From Leucoraja ocellata (lineage: Eukaryota), in NCBI GenBank assembly GCA_036785375.1, contig JAWMAR010000086.1:2418001-2482000 (forward strand): DNA of 64,000 bases, in the 5' to 3' direction. The number at the start of each line of letters is the position of its first letter. Positions within the stretch are counted from its first letter, which is position 1. Positions 63,426 to 64,000 of this stretch are shown in pieces. The position numbers were made by a program, and so were the translations under genes. Below the pieces are notes generated by a model. That model was not told the DNA's origin. It saw nothing but the letters and a program-made list of their open reading frames with translations, and made no database searches.

Positions 63426-64000
63426 CATTGCTGCTCATTTTAATTTTGCAGGTTAAAATAATTTTGTCCGTTGTGAATTAATAGTGTGGATATTGTGGCA
63501 TTATTTGGGGAGGGACTGCATGCTGAAAGGTTCAAGGGGAATTGGTCAAATTTGCAGGGTTGCCAGTATTCACGCATACTTTCAATGTAAATGAAGTTAG
63601 GGCTGAGCAAATGCACCATCTTACTGATTTCATAGTTTCAGCTGGATGCACCAATTTGTAGCTAAAGTTTAAGAAAATTAGAGTAAAATAAGAGCCACAC
63701 AATGCAAAGAAAAGAAGATCCAACAAGTCAACTTATATAGTTCTACAAAACAAAATCAAATTAAGTACGAAACAGTATTTCCAGAAATCGTACAATCTGG
63801 AAACTGAGCAGTTAAATAACCCATACAGAGGTGAATAATAGAATGAATAAATCAATCATCTTAAGCTGGGAGAATTTAGTTTCAGCTTGGTGGGTAATTA
63901 ATCGGTACAAATGCAACACATCTTAAATAATACCAAGAACATCACCATTGGACCTTCCTCAAATTTCTTACCTCAATTTATTCCTCAAATAGTACCTCAA

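Overview
Eukaryotic, AT-rich, repeat-dense DNA with no recognisable host protein-coding gene. The repeat complement points to a cartilaginous fish, probably a skate or ray (inference from repeat types only). It includes CR1-clade LINEs with an esterase ORF1, tRNA-derived HE1-type SINEs ending in (CTAAA)n, Rex1/Babar fragments, Penelope-like (PLE) fragments and Harbinger-like MITEs. Nearly all ORFs in the track are LINE remnants, their antisense shadows, or chance ORFs. The main points of interest are: (1) about 15-20 short PLE-derived insertions carrying a minimal hammerhead-ribozyme-like motif (CTGAAGA-A-GGGT-N4-ACCC-GAAACGTC), often as inverted terminal-repeat pairs with 5-15 bp TSDs, one nested in another at that motif; (2) a young 5'-truncated L1-clade insertion with a perfect 52-57 bp target-site duplication; (3) an 80-bp local templated copy of a CR1 segment that shares its stop-codon mutation; (4) an A-B-A'-B'-A' inverted rearrangement; (5) repeat-poor blocks that resemble conserved non-coding elements and a possible minus-strand transcript 3' end. 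Boundaries of degraded repeats are approximate and no database searches were run.
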